48,379 bases of DNA from Chiloscyllium plagiosum (lineage: Eukaryota). The stretch lies in NCBI RefSeq assembly GCF_004010195.1, contig NC_057754.1:8036747-8085125 (forward strand), read 5' to 3'. Each line of letters begins with the position of its first letter. Position 1 is the first letter of the stretch. Positions 35,871 through 46,270 of this stretch are shown here, piece after piece. Below the pieces are notes generated by a model. That model did no database searches and was not told where the DNA came from. It saw only the letters and a list, made by a program, of their open reading frames with translations. A program made the position numbers and the translations under genes.

Positions 35871-36614
35871 CACAAACCCGCGGTGATGGGTGGGGGGTAT
35901 TTTCAAATCTTCCTGTTCAGAAATGTGACTGTGCACCTTTGGAATAGGTGAGGCTTGAGATCCCTGTCTCCTGATTCACAGGTAGGGACGGTATCACTGT
36001 GCTCCAAGAGCCCTACTTGACACACAGAGAGTCGGGGAAGTGGGGAATAACTGGTGATCACTGTGGGACTCTCCAGGAGGCTGGAATACCGCAGAGAAAA
36101 GTGGAGGTGTTGGCTGCAGAGAGGATTCTGTGTGATGATTGTGCAGGGTGTGGGAGCTTTGGCTTGTTGGGCCTAGAAGAAATTGACCTCTTGGCCTGCA
36201 AGTAGTACTCTGAATTCCCTCACTTCTCACCTCAATGACCTGCGAGATTTCCAGAACGTTGGAACTGCTCAGGCTGACCCACATGAAGCAAGCAGCATCA
36301 CAGCACACAAAGTTCAGATTTGAGTGTTGAACATTTTAACTTCTCACTGAAACAAGCCCGAACCAGCCATTACTGAGTTTAAGATTTCCCCAAATAGCTT
36401 TAATGAAAGAAACATCTCGAATATAGTGGGTATGAATTTTACACAGGGAATTGATGAAACCATAACTCAAATATTCGAGGATTTTGACCTTATTTACAGA
36501 AGGATTTCAAAGTGGAGGTTTGCTGGATTGATATGTATAATCAGTGAATCAGAGAATCCCTACACTGCACAGAGAGGACATTCGACCCATTGGGTTTGCA
36601 CTGACCCTCCGAAG

Positions 36615-37665
36615 AATCATAGAACCACACAGCATGGAAACAGACCCCTCAGTCGAACCAGTACTCCCACCATTTTCCCAAACTAAGCTAATCCCATCTG
36701 CCTGGGCTTGGCCCATATCTCTCTAAACCTTTCCTCTTCATGTACTTATCCAAATGTCTTTTAAGCATAGTAACTATGGCTGCATCCACCCCTTTCTCTG
36801 GCGGTTCATTCCACACACAATCTACCCTCTGTGTAAAAAAGTTGTCCCTCGTGTCTTTTTAAAATCTTCCTTCTCTCACTTTAAAAATATGCCCTGTCAT
36901 CTTAAAATCCCCAAGCCTGGGGAAAAGACCCCTGCCATTCATGTTATCTATACTCCTCATGATGTTATAAACCTGTATAAGGTCACCCCTCAACCTCTTA
37001 CGTTCCAGTGGGAAAAGTCCCCAGCTTATCCAACCTCTCCTTATAATCCAAACGCTCCATTCCATGCAACATCCTGGTAAATCTCTTCTGAACCTCCCCA
37101 GCTTAATAATATCCTTCCTTTCCATTCCCGATGAAGAACTTAAGCTCGAAATGTTGACTGTCCTGCTCCTCAGATGCTGCCTGACCTGATGTGCTTTTCC
37201 AGCGCCACACTCTTCAACTCTAATCTGCAGTCCTCACTCTCTCCTAACATCCTTCCTATAGCCAGGCAACCAGAACAGGACACAGTATTACAGAAGAGAC
37301 CTCACCAATATCCTGTACTTAAAGGTCTGACCATTGAAGGCAAGCATGCAAAACGCCTTCTTAACCAGAGAATTATGTACATGAACCCCTTGGTCTCCCT
37401 GTTCGACAAAGTTACCCCGGGCCCTATCAGTAATTGTATAAGTCCTGCCCTTGTTGGGTTTACCAAAATGTAATACCTTGTGTTTCTTCCAACTTAAACT
37501 CCATCTGCCACTCCCCAGCCCTTTGACCCAGTTGACCAAGATCCCTTAGATAACCTTTTTCAGTGTCCACTAAACCACCAATCTTGGTGTCATTCTCAGC
37601 TGGGTTCTCATCTAAATCATTGATGTAAATGTCAAGCAAAAGGGCACCAATCCCCGAACATCCCA
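36615..37665 (-). mobile_element. CR1 LINE 3' fragment (about 1 kb) with nested Penelope-type insert
   Basis: Minus-strand IYINDLDE..DTKIGGLVD and LFPLERKRLRGDLIQVYNIM. Confidence 0.85.
37120..37244 (+). mobile_element. Penelope-like fragment with degenerate hammerhead (37128-37155), 13-bp TSD with 1 mismatch
   Basis: taatatccttcct at 37107-37119 and taacatccttcct at 37245-37257; core reads CCGAUGA-A-GAAC(UUAA)GCUC-GAAA-UGUU. Confidence 0.78.
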
Positions 37666-37890
37666 CCCAAGAACAATTCGAAGGTAGAGGAGAAAAAATT
37701 CTTGCGAGGCAAGTGGGTCAAAGGGCATGTGGAATTTGAAATGCAAACAGATTAGCCTTGATGTTATAGAACAGCGGAGCAGGCTGGAGGGGCTGAACGG
37801 CCTCCTTCAGCCCATCATTGCTGTGTTTGTATTTCACTTGTACTTCTGAACTCAGCGGAACACACCTGAAAATGGGCTGCTTGCTCCAAT

Positions 37891-38140
37891 AAAAACAAAA
37901 CACTGCGGATGGCAGAAGTCTGAAACACGCAGCTTGCTGGAGAAACTCTACAGGTCCTGCAGCACCTCTGGTCAGAGGAAGAGAAACAGAGTTAACGTTT
38001 GAGTCCAGTGACCCGTCCTCATAGCTCGAGTGGAAGGTTTCGGATGATGGGTTGCTGGCCGAGAAACCTTAACCCTGTTTCACTCCCTCTCTCTCTGCAG
38101 ACGGTGCCAGAGCTGCCGAGTTTCACCAGCACCTTCTGTA
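37891..38140. mobile_element. Decayed inverted pair of another Penelope-type terminal family
   Basis: Left tgctggagaaactc...gaaacagagttaacgttt is approximately complementary to right aaaccttaaccctgtttc...gagtttcaccagca; hammerhead-like cores are degenerate on both arms. Confidence 0.55.
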
Positions 38141-39049
38141 CTCGTGACGAAACGGAAATGGAAACGGTGGAGAGTGGGAACGGTTAAATGGCAAAGCCGT
38201 GAGGGATCAAAAGACAAAGGGTGCAGGAATAGCTCTTTGAACGAACACAGTATTGGGTCCAGCGCGGATTTGACAACAGAATAATGAACAGCAAAAACAT
38301 GTAAATCAGACCAGCACTTGTCAACTCAACAGAGGGAGAATAGGTGAACGGGCATTGAGTCAGGTTAATCAGAAAACTGTACTGGAAGCTAAGGTGTAGG
38401 TGGTTTGATCCTTGCAATTGGAACTGGCCTGGGTGGAAGGCAGTAAAATGCGACTGAGTTTGATTACTGTATGACCATTCATGGCAGAGATATGGCGTAC
38501 TTGTAACATGTGCTTGTTCAGTAGTCAGACTAAGTAAGACTTTAGTTTATTGGAATGGGATATGAATTATTAGTCTGCTTCACTGCAGTGAAAGAGCAAG
38601 GGGGTGCGCAGATATTGTAACTTTCACCTGCTTCTGGAGAATGGGCTTTGACATGGTAAATCACAAACCCAGACCCCCCCTTTGTGGACTGACTTTGTGA
38701 CAGTCCTGCTCCTTGCAGCAAATCCAGGGAAAACAGCATCATTTCCATTTTGTTTTGTCCCTTTTGCACACCCGCGTGGGGGTGGTAAAACTGCCATGAT
38801 CTCTGAAAGCCCACACCCTATACCATCATTTCATTCCAGACACAGCCCATCACACACGTCCTCCCAGGATGCACCTGCACAAGGGTGAAGGTGGCCTTTT
38901 GAAGGTGGTCAACGTTGAGTTTAGGCAGTCGCTGTTCGGGGGACGCTCACCTCATTTGGTGGAGAACATTTTCTCATTTCTGAAACGGCTCATTCGCAGC
39001 AGCCTGGTATGGCTCAGTGGCTTACTGCGGTGAAGTGCCGACAGTCCAA

Positions 39050-39880
39050 AGGCGGTGCAGGTTACGGTGGATTGGCCGTGCTAAATTGAGGTGACACGGT
39101 GGCACAGTGGTTAGCACTGCTGCCTCACGGCGCCAGGGACCCAGGTTCGATTCCAGAATTGGGTGACTGTCTGTGTGGAGTTTGCACGTTCTCCCCGTGT
39201 CTGCGTTGGTTTGCTCCGGTTTCCTTCCACAGTCCAGGGATGTGCAGGTCAGGGTGGACTGGCCGTGCTAAATTGCCCCATAGTGCCCAGGGATGTGCAG
39301 GTCAGGGTGGACTGGCCGTGCTAAATTGCCCCATAGTGCCCAGGGACTGGAGTTTGCACATTCTCCCCGTGTCTGCGTGGGTTTCCTCCAGTTTCCTCCC
39401 ACAATCCAAAGATGTGCAGGTTAGGGTGGATTGGGCGTGCTAAATTGTCCCATAGTGCCCAGGGATGTGCAGGTTAGGGTGGATTGGCTGTGCTAAATTG
39501 TCCCATAGTGCCCAGGGATGTGCAGGTTTAGGGTGCATTTGCCGTGCTAAATTGTCCCATAGTGCCCAGGGGTGTGCAGGTTAGGGTGGATTGGCCGTGC
39601 TAAATTGCCCCATTGTTCAGGGGTGTGTAGGTAAGGGTGGATTATTCAGGGGTAAATATAGAGTGATAGGGTAGGGTAATGGGTCTGGGTGGGTGACACC
39701 TCAGAGGGTTGGGATTGTAATTATTAATTCTTCTAAATTGCCCCATAGTGTCCAGGCATGTGCAGGCTGGGTGGATTAGATACTAAACCTGGGGTTGGGT
39801 GTGTTAAAGGGTCTTGGTGGGATGCTTTTTGGAGAGTCAGTGGAGACTGGATGGGCTGAATGGCCTCTTTCTGCACTCTG
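39050..39880 (+). mobile_element. Composite HE1-type SINE cluster with 53-bp units
   Basis: Head at about 39090, duplicated core, arrays at about 39237-39345 and 39410-39640, tail fragments to about 39880. Confidence 0.8.
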
Positions 39881-40408
39881 AGATTCAATGGGCCATAAGG
39901 GGAGACCTTGTTCAGTGCTGCCTTGTCTGGTGTTTGGTGAAACTGGAAGTCTCGATGGGTGGCGGGAAGGTTTGTGTTTCCCGTCCGGCATTGGCTTTAG
40001 TCTAGCCCCCACAAACTCCACAGAGCAGCTTCAACTCCAGACTGATGGGATGGGGGTCCGAAACCGATGTTGTTTACACCCTGCTTCCCTTCAAACCTCC
40101 AATAGGTAGCACTTTCAGGTGGGGCACGGACCCCCCTCCCCCAGTGCTGGCCTTCCCCACTTCATCAACACCCTGTCAAGCCCCTCCCTAACTCCCCTCG
40201 GGCCCTGCCCATGGAGGGAGTCAGAGGGGCATTGGTGCCACTGTGAGTTATGGTGACGGAGCTGCGCGCAGTGGGGGGATTTGGGGGGGAAGGTTGACGG
40301 GGAGGTGAGGGGTGGAGGGGAAGGCTTGGAGGTCTGGGTGGGGTTAGCGGCACCACACCCGTGCGCGTGGATTTGAACCCTGTTCGCTCCCTCTCCCGTA
40401 TCCCGCAG

Positions 40409-40591
40409 GTCTTCCGCAGCGGAGAAGGGATGGGAATCCGCTTGGACACCGCCTCAGCCTTCCAGGGAGCGCTGATCTCGCCGCACTACGACTCGCTGCT
40501 GGTCAAGGTGATCGCCCACGGCAAGGACCACCCCACCGCCGCGTCCAAGCTGAATCGAGCCCTGGCCGAGTTCCGGATCCGGGGGGTCAAG
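40409..40591 (+). CDS. PC: Pyruvate carboxylase internal coding exon (C-terminal part of biotin carboxylase domain), 61 aa, phase 0/0
   Basis: Translates to [61 protein letters not shown], recognisably vertebrate PC ([10 protein letters not shown] and RGVK motifs). Acceptor ctccctctcccgtatcccgcag ends at 40408 and donor AAG|gtaagg starts at 40592. Length 183 bp, high GC3. Confidence 0.96.
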
Positions 40592-42510
40592 GTAAGGTGC
40601 TGCTGTGCGGCCACCATTTTGTTTGGAGTTTATGGTTACTGAGTGTACTGTGGTGTTGCTGAGCTGCAGGCTCAGCTCCTTTTCCAAAGGCCTATCGATC
40701 AGTGTCTCCAGGCACCCGGAGCTGACAATGACCAGTGTACTTGCCTCATGTCTCTCTCATAATGGCGGACTCTTGTGCATTGGACAGGGGGCTGTTGTCT
40801 TAAGAGAATTCACCTCATAGAAATCGAACTGCTGTCGGTGAGAGATTACGAGCATTGGTCGCGGCGGGAATGTTTGCGCGGTCAGTGATGGATTGTAAAA
40901 CGAGGAGGGGAGTGACACAGGCGAGCAGAATTCCGATGGAGCGTTGTGATTGCAATGAGAATCCGGATTATGTGCAAGGAATGGTGCCTGTAGACTGACC
41001 GTGGCGGACAGTGGGTGGCAGTGGCATTGTGGGAGACAGATCAAAACAGAGTAATGATGGGGGATGTTTCCTTTCATTGAAGAGGAACCTGAACTGGGAG
41101 TTGTGGTTCCAAAAGCTCCCGTTTTCCGATATGGATGAGAATTTCAGTCTCCCGGACATTCGTCCGTGTGTGGAGCACTCTGTCAGCGTGTGGCATATTG
41201 TTGAAATGACGCAGAGCTGTAAACTGATTGGCAAGGCAGGGCTGAGGTCATAACCATCTCACCGAGGGGGCAGAGCGGGCAGGAAAGCCACAGCTCTAAG
41301 GCCCCTCTGTGCCTAAGGAGCAGCGAAAGAGCTGAGCTGGATGATTTTGGGGTCTCTCAACATGGTCATGCATACAGGGTATTTGCCACTGAGCCACGAC
41401 CCCCCTGCCCCGTGTGCTTTTGGTAACATTGGCATCCTCAACGCCTGTTGAACGGTAAGCCAGTTTCTTGGAGACAGCTCATTTTGTGAGGGGCCGCGTT
41501 TAAGCCATGAACCACAGGTGTCAGTGATCGTTCACTGAGGGAGGTGTGGTGGCAACATCCCTCCCCGGTTTCTGTTTCTCCCGTACTGGCTTAGTCCCAC
41601 CTGGGCGGAACTGTGTCACCTCATTTCAGCAGCTGTAGGATTTGGCTTCAAGTGGAGATCAGTCGTGGATGTGAGTAAATGCGTCATTAATGTCAATATT
41701 TAGATCGATTGACTATTTACTGATCCGTTTGCAATGATATAACTTCTGCGGGGAGTCAGTAAGCAGTTAAGAACTGCTGTTGGTGAGGAAAAAGCTGCAT
41801 GTTAGTGTAGCTTTATTGGCTGTGACGGGAAAGTTTGCGTTGGGCTGATGGACTGCAGACAGAAATGACACAGTGAGAGGACGCTGATCACATCCTTGTC
41901 TATGAGTGTACGCTGCTGATAGCACCCTCCCTACAAGATGACAGGCTCGTTTCTGCTAGTCTGTCTCCCTCCCCTCTTCTTTCAGACAGTTAAACAAACC
42001 TCTGTTCTGCTTTGGAGTGCCTTTTCGCAAGACCGGGAGACTTACCCACTCAGCCAGAACCAGGTGCCAACTTGTCCATGTTAAAGTAAACCCCTCTCCC
42101 CGACACAGCGCAGTTTCCAGGCATACTTTCCCAAAGGGGGTACAGCAGCTGCCCTGGCTACTAGCTAAAGTGGTCTAAGAGGATCATCTGGACACTCCCT
42201 GTTCTGAGCGTCCTCCCCTAACTCCGCAGGCCTCAGTAGTCTTGGTTTAACCCCCGAGACAGTGACAATGACAGCCATGATTTCCACCATTGGACGTTCA
42301 TTTGAGTTTCTCTGAAGCGTGCAGGGTCAGCATAACAGCTTGCAGTAAATGGAGGAAAATTGATGGACAGAGAGATCTGGGGGTTCAAGCCCATTGTTCC
42401 CCGAAGGTGGCAACGCAGGTCGATAAACTGGTCAAGAAGGCATACGGCATGCTTTCCTTCATCGGAAGGGGTACTGAGTACAAGAGTTGGCAGCTGATGT
42501 TACCGTTGTG

Positions 42511-42670
42511 GGCGGAGGTGGGTACTGCAGATGCTGGAGATTAGAGTCAAGATTAGAGTGGTGCTGGAAAAGTACAGCAGGTCAGGCAGCATCCGAGGAG
42601 CAGGAAAAATCGACATTTCGGGCAAAAGCCCTTCATCATTCCTGACCTGCTGTGCTTTTCCAGCACCACT
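42511..42670 (-). mobile_element. Penelope-like fragment with 30-bp inverted repeat, between two opposed CR1 fragments
   Basis: 42557-42586 pairs with 42641-42670 (one G-U); truncated core AUGAUGA-A-GGGC(UUUU)GCCC-GAAA-UGUC. Confidence 0.72.
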
Positions 42671-43440
42671 ATGCTCTCTCATCCTTCTGACCTCCACCCT
42701 GTACAGACCCAGAGTCCTCATATGACAAGCTGTTCATCCCTGGGATCGTTCTTGTAAACCTCCTGTGGACCTACTCCCAGGCCAGATCCTCCCATGGATA
42801 TGGGCCCCAGAACTTCTCTCAGTTTCCAGTGTCTCCTTCTCCGGCCTTGTGTTGGTGGAAGCCACTGTGTGCAGCTGAGAGATAACAAAAGCCTGAGAAA
42901 GGACGGAGAAAGGGGGAGTTGGGGTGCGTACCAAAGACGAGGGGAGTCAGTTCATGGGGAGAGACGGGAAAGTGTCAGCGTCTGGCTAAGCAGGCTGTCC
43001 GATTTGCTAATCTTTTGTTACGTTACATACTTTCTCACACAGCGGGCGGTGAGGGTTTTGAATAACTCCTTCCCCACGAAGCGGCAGGTTCAGGGAAGGG
43101 GAGGAGATGGTTGCCGGCAGTTCCCCTTCGGGGGTCCCTTGGCAGGTGGATGTGCACGCGGGTCGGAGCACGACAGCATAAAGTGGCCATTCGTAAGGAC
43201 AGGAACTGTTTGATTGTCACGTCTTTTAAAACTTGGCCCGTGCTGGGTCGCGATTGCATGTATGCGTGTCCGTAAGTCAAACACTAATGATTCAGGGGCC
43301 CCCTTTATTTGAAAAGGTAAAAGATAGGAGCTAGAGTAGGCCATTCGGCCCCCTTGAGCCTGCTTTGGTGTTCAGCAGGACCATGATCCAGGAAGAACAC
43401 GCAAGATCTACAACCACAAGGAGGCGAGTGGCTGTCCAAG

Positions 43441-43832
43441 CAGTGGGCCGAATGGCCTCCTGCTGCCAGAAGCAGTTCTGTAACAGTCGGCCGAATGGCC
43501 TCCTGCTGCCAGAAGCAGTTCTGTAACAGTGGGCCGAATGGCCTCCTGCTGTTCAGTAACAGTTCAGTGACAGTGGGCCGAATGGCCTCCTGCTGCCAGA
43601 AGCAGTTCTGTGGCAGTGGGCTGAATGGCCTCCTACTGTTCAGTAACAGTTCTGTGGCAGTGGGCCGAATGGCCTCCTGCTGTTCGGTAACAGTTCTGTG
43701 ACAGTGGGCCGAATGGCCTCCTGCTGCCAGAAGCAGTTCTGTGGCAGTGGGCTGAATGGCCTCCCACTGTTCAGTAACAGTTCTGTGGCAGTGGGCCGAA
43801 TGGCCTCCTGCTGTTCAGGAACAGTTTCAGTG
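43441..43832. repeat. 43/44-bp minisatellite (9 units) built on a CR1 3'-tail motif
   Basis: Units at 43441, 43484, 43527, 43571, 43614, 43658, 43702, 43745 and 43789, each beginning with a cagtgggccgaatggcctcc-like motif. Confidence 0.9.
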
Positions 43833-44439
43833 ATTTCCCACACGGAGGAGAGACCACAAGAGAAGTGGAGAACCCAGCTCTGAAATGAATTGGCCGAGTG
43901 ACCCAGAGGTGGGGATGCCAAGGGGGGACATGTTTTCAGGGAAGGGGTGTGTGTGTAAGGGTGAAGGACTCTTCCAAAAGTGCTGGAACAGGCAGGACAG
44001 ACTGCACCCCATCCTTTCTGCGTTTCACGTTTACTGTACTCCCAAGTGTCAGAGTTTTAAAACGCACTCCTGAATCTGCACTGCGATGTGTTTTCCATTA
44101 CACGTCACCGAACCTGGAAGTGGAACTGGAGGAATGTAGCTGCAAAGTCATCTGTAATTTCACGCTTCTGGATTCAGACCCACTGTCGCTTGCACCGAAC
44201 GTTTACAAAAATCCTGACCGAGACGTTCTGGCTGGTCTCCTGGACTCAATCCGTCTGGCAGTCCCTGGAGCAATGGTTTCTCTCTCTCTCTCTGACTGAC
44301 TGAATGCAAGCATCTACTGTGAACGCAGTGCCTTGTGTCCCCTCGTGAAACAGAGCCAAGGTGGGGTTAGGGGTGTGGTGTGGGCACTGAACCCTCTCCT
44401 GGCCCTGACAGAATGTCAGTGCAGGGCAGGAGACCTTAC

Positions 44440-44577
44440 CTGGGCAGTTTCCAGCCCGATGCGGCACTGGCAAAGCTCAGCTGAACCTCCAGCTAGTTCC
44501 GGAGCTCCCTCCACTCTCTTACACTGCCACTGGGAACGTTGAAGGAACATGTCCGACCAGTGGGATGTTTCCCCTTG
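44440..44577 (-). other. Candidate antisense exon (138 bp, phase 0/0), unverified
   Basis: Acceptor CTCCCCTCCTCTCTCCCACAG, donor CAG|GTAAGG; single open frame QGETSHWSDMFLQRSQWQCKRVEGAPELAGGSAELCQCRIGLETAQ. Confidence 0.35.
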
Positions 44578-44696
44578 CTGTGGGAGAGAGGAGGGGAGCC
44601 TGCTGGGGATGGGTCCCAGATGGAGGTGAGAAGGATTGTGTTTCGTTCTCAGATTGCTGTGTCTCTTTGGAAATCTCCTCCCCGGCAAAGGTGAGG

Positions 44697-45020
44697 GTCA
44701 TTGAAGATTTTTCCCAGGGCCGGGGGAGTCCAGGGCATAGGTTTAGGGTGAGAGGGGAAAGATATAAAAGAGACCTAAGGGGCAACTTTTTCACCCAGAG
44801 GGTGGTACGTGTATGGAACGAGCTGCCAGAGGATGTGGTGGAGGCTGGTACAACTACAACATTTAAGAGGCATTTGGATGGGTATATGAATAGGAAGGGT
44901 TTGGAGGGATATGGGCCGGGTGCTGGCAGGTGGGACTAGATTGAGTTGGGATATCTGGTCAGCATGGACGGGTTGGACCGAAGGGCCTGTTTCCGTCCTG
45001 TACATCTTTATGACTCTATT
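44697..45020 (+). mobile_element. HER1/CR1 LINE 3' end
   Basis: GHRFRVRGERYKRDLRGNFFTQRVVRVWNELPEDVVEAGT plus 3' UTR ending tatgactcta. Confidence 0.9.
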
Positions 45021-45200
45021 TTATTTGAGGCTGGAATTGACAGGTTCTTGACTAACAAGGGGGTCGAAGGTTGTCGGGGGCTTGGGAAGATGGCCACAAT
45101 CTCGGACCGAACAGGAGAGCAGGGTAAATGACCCGATTGGTCAACTTCTGCTCCTAATTTGTATGTATGGTTGTGCAAGCACACATCCGTGTTGGATTAT

Positions 45201-45437
45201 GATTTGGAGATGCCGGTGTTGGACCGGGGTGTACAAAGTTAAAAATCACACAGCACCAGGTTATAGTCCAACAGGTTTAATTGGAAGCACTAGCTTTCGG
45301 AGCGACGCTCCTTCATCAGGTGGTTGTCTGATGATGAAGGAACCACATGATGAAGGAGCGATGCTCCAAAAGCTAGTGCTTCCAATTAAACCTGTTGGAC
45401 TATAACCTGGTGTTGTGCGATTTTTTTTTAAGCTTAA
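45201..45437. mobile_element. Penelope-type element (second family) forming a roughly 78-bp inverted repeat, 11-bp TSD
   Basis: TSD tgttggattat at 45190-45200 and 45438-45448; arms 45241-45318 and 45348-45425 with about 5 mismatches. Confidence 0.82.
45285..45325 (-). ncRNA. Complete minimal type I hammerhead ribozyme
   Basis: Minus strand AACCAC-CUGAUGA-A-GGAGC(GUC)GCUCC-GAAA-GCUA/GUGCUU: stem I 5 of 6 pairs, 5-bp stem II, palindromic AGCU stem III, cleavage predicted after CUA (core 45291-45319). Confidence 0.78.
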
Positions 45438-45585
45438 TGTTGGATTATAGAAGATTGAGGGGGGAACCATATTGAAACGTACAGGCGGCTTGAGAGGGTA
45501 GATACAGAGAGGTTGTTTCCCCTTGTGGGAGCGTGTAGGACCAGAGGGCATCATCTCAGGATAAGGCCCTGCCCATTGAAGACAG

Positions 45586-45780
45586 AGATTAGATTAGATT
45601 CCCTTCAGTGTGGAAACAGGCCCTTCGGCCCAACCAGTCCACACCGACCCTCTGAAGAGTAACCCACCCACCTCTGACTAATGCACCTAACACTATGTGC
45701 AATTTTACCATGGCCAATTCACCTGACCCACACATCTTTGGACTGTGGGAGGAAACCGGAGCACTCGGAGGAAACCCATG
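45586..45780 (-). mobile_element. Partial HE1-type SINE (3' half)
   Basis: agattagattagattccc...gtgtggaaacaggcccttcggccc...ggactgtgggaggaaaccggagcac. Confidence 0.82.
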
Positions 45781-46009
45781 AGGAGGAACTTCTTTGTTCT
45801 TAGGGAATCCGTGACAGTACATACCATGGTTGTGAAGGGTATTCATGGCTGAGAAACAGACACACCGTTAATCTGTAAGGTAATGCAGGGGGATAGACAG
45901 GAAAGTGAACCATTGGGGAGCATTAGAGATGAGGATTATCAGGTCAGCCACAAGCTCACTGAATAGCAGCTTTGATGGGCTGAATGGCCTACGTCCAATG
46001 CTGCTTTGT

Positions 46010-46270
46010 TTGGCTTTGCTGTACCCAGTGCCCCTGGCCATTTCTTGAAATACTGTGGAGTGAATCGACTTGGCTGAGAACACATCTGTGGTGCTGAGGA
46101 CCTGAGGGGGAAACTGAGATTGGATCGTGCGTTGGGCATTTCTGGCTGAAGGTTGGTTCCAGATGCCTTTTGCTCTGGGCTCCCCCATCGCCGAATACTT
46201 GAGGAGCCTCCTGCCACTGTTAACAGTTTAATTGCCCACCACTGTTTATAACTGGATGTGTCCGGGCACG
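46010..46270 (-). mobile_element. Old L2/CR1-group LINE internal fragment
   Basis: ttctggctgaagg...ctgggctcccccatc...gagcctcctgccactgttaacagtttaattgcccaccac resembles the antisense ORF2 of this family; recognition from memory only. Confidence 0.45.

Noticed and set aside
34954..35886. Longest ORF (310 aa, + strand) as a real gene
   Set aside because: It is a chimera of a CR1 remnant, a Rex1 RT scrap, a SINE fragment and the 33-bp repeat; its third codon positions are the most conserved, the opposite of protein-level selection.
36230..36272. Further minus-strand mini-exon (donor GAG|GTGAGA), plus isolated donors near 17434, 38945 and 42040
   Set aside because: The acceptors are weak or ambiguous and cannot be distinguished from background pseudo-sites.
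46081..46100. REST/NRSF RE1 site (also GGACAGCGC near 11559)
   Set aside because: Only half-sites match, and this one lies in a LINE remnant.
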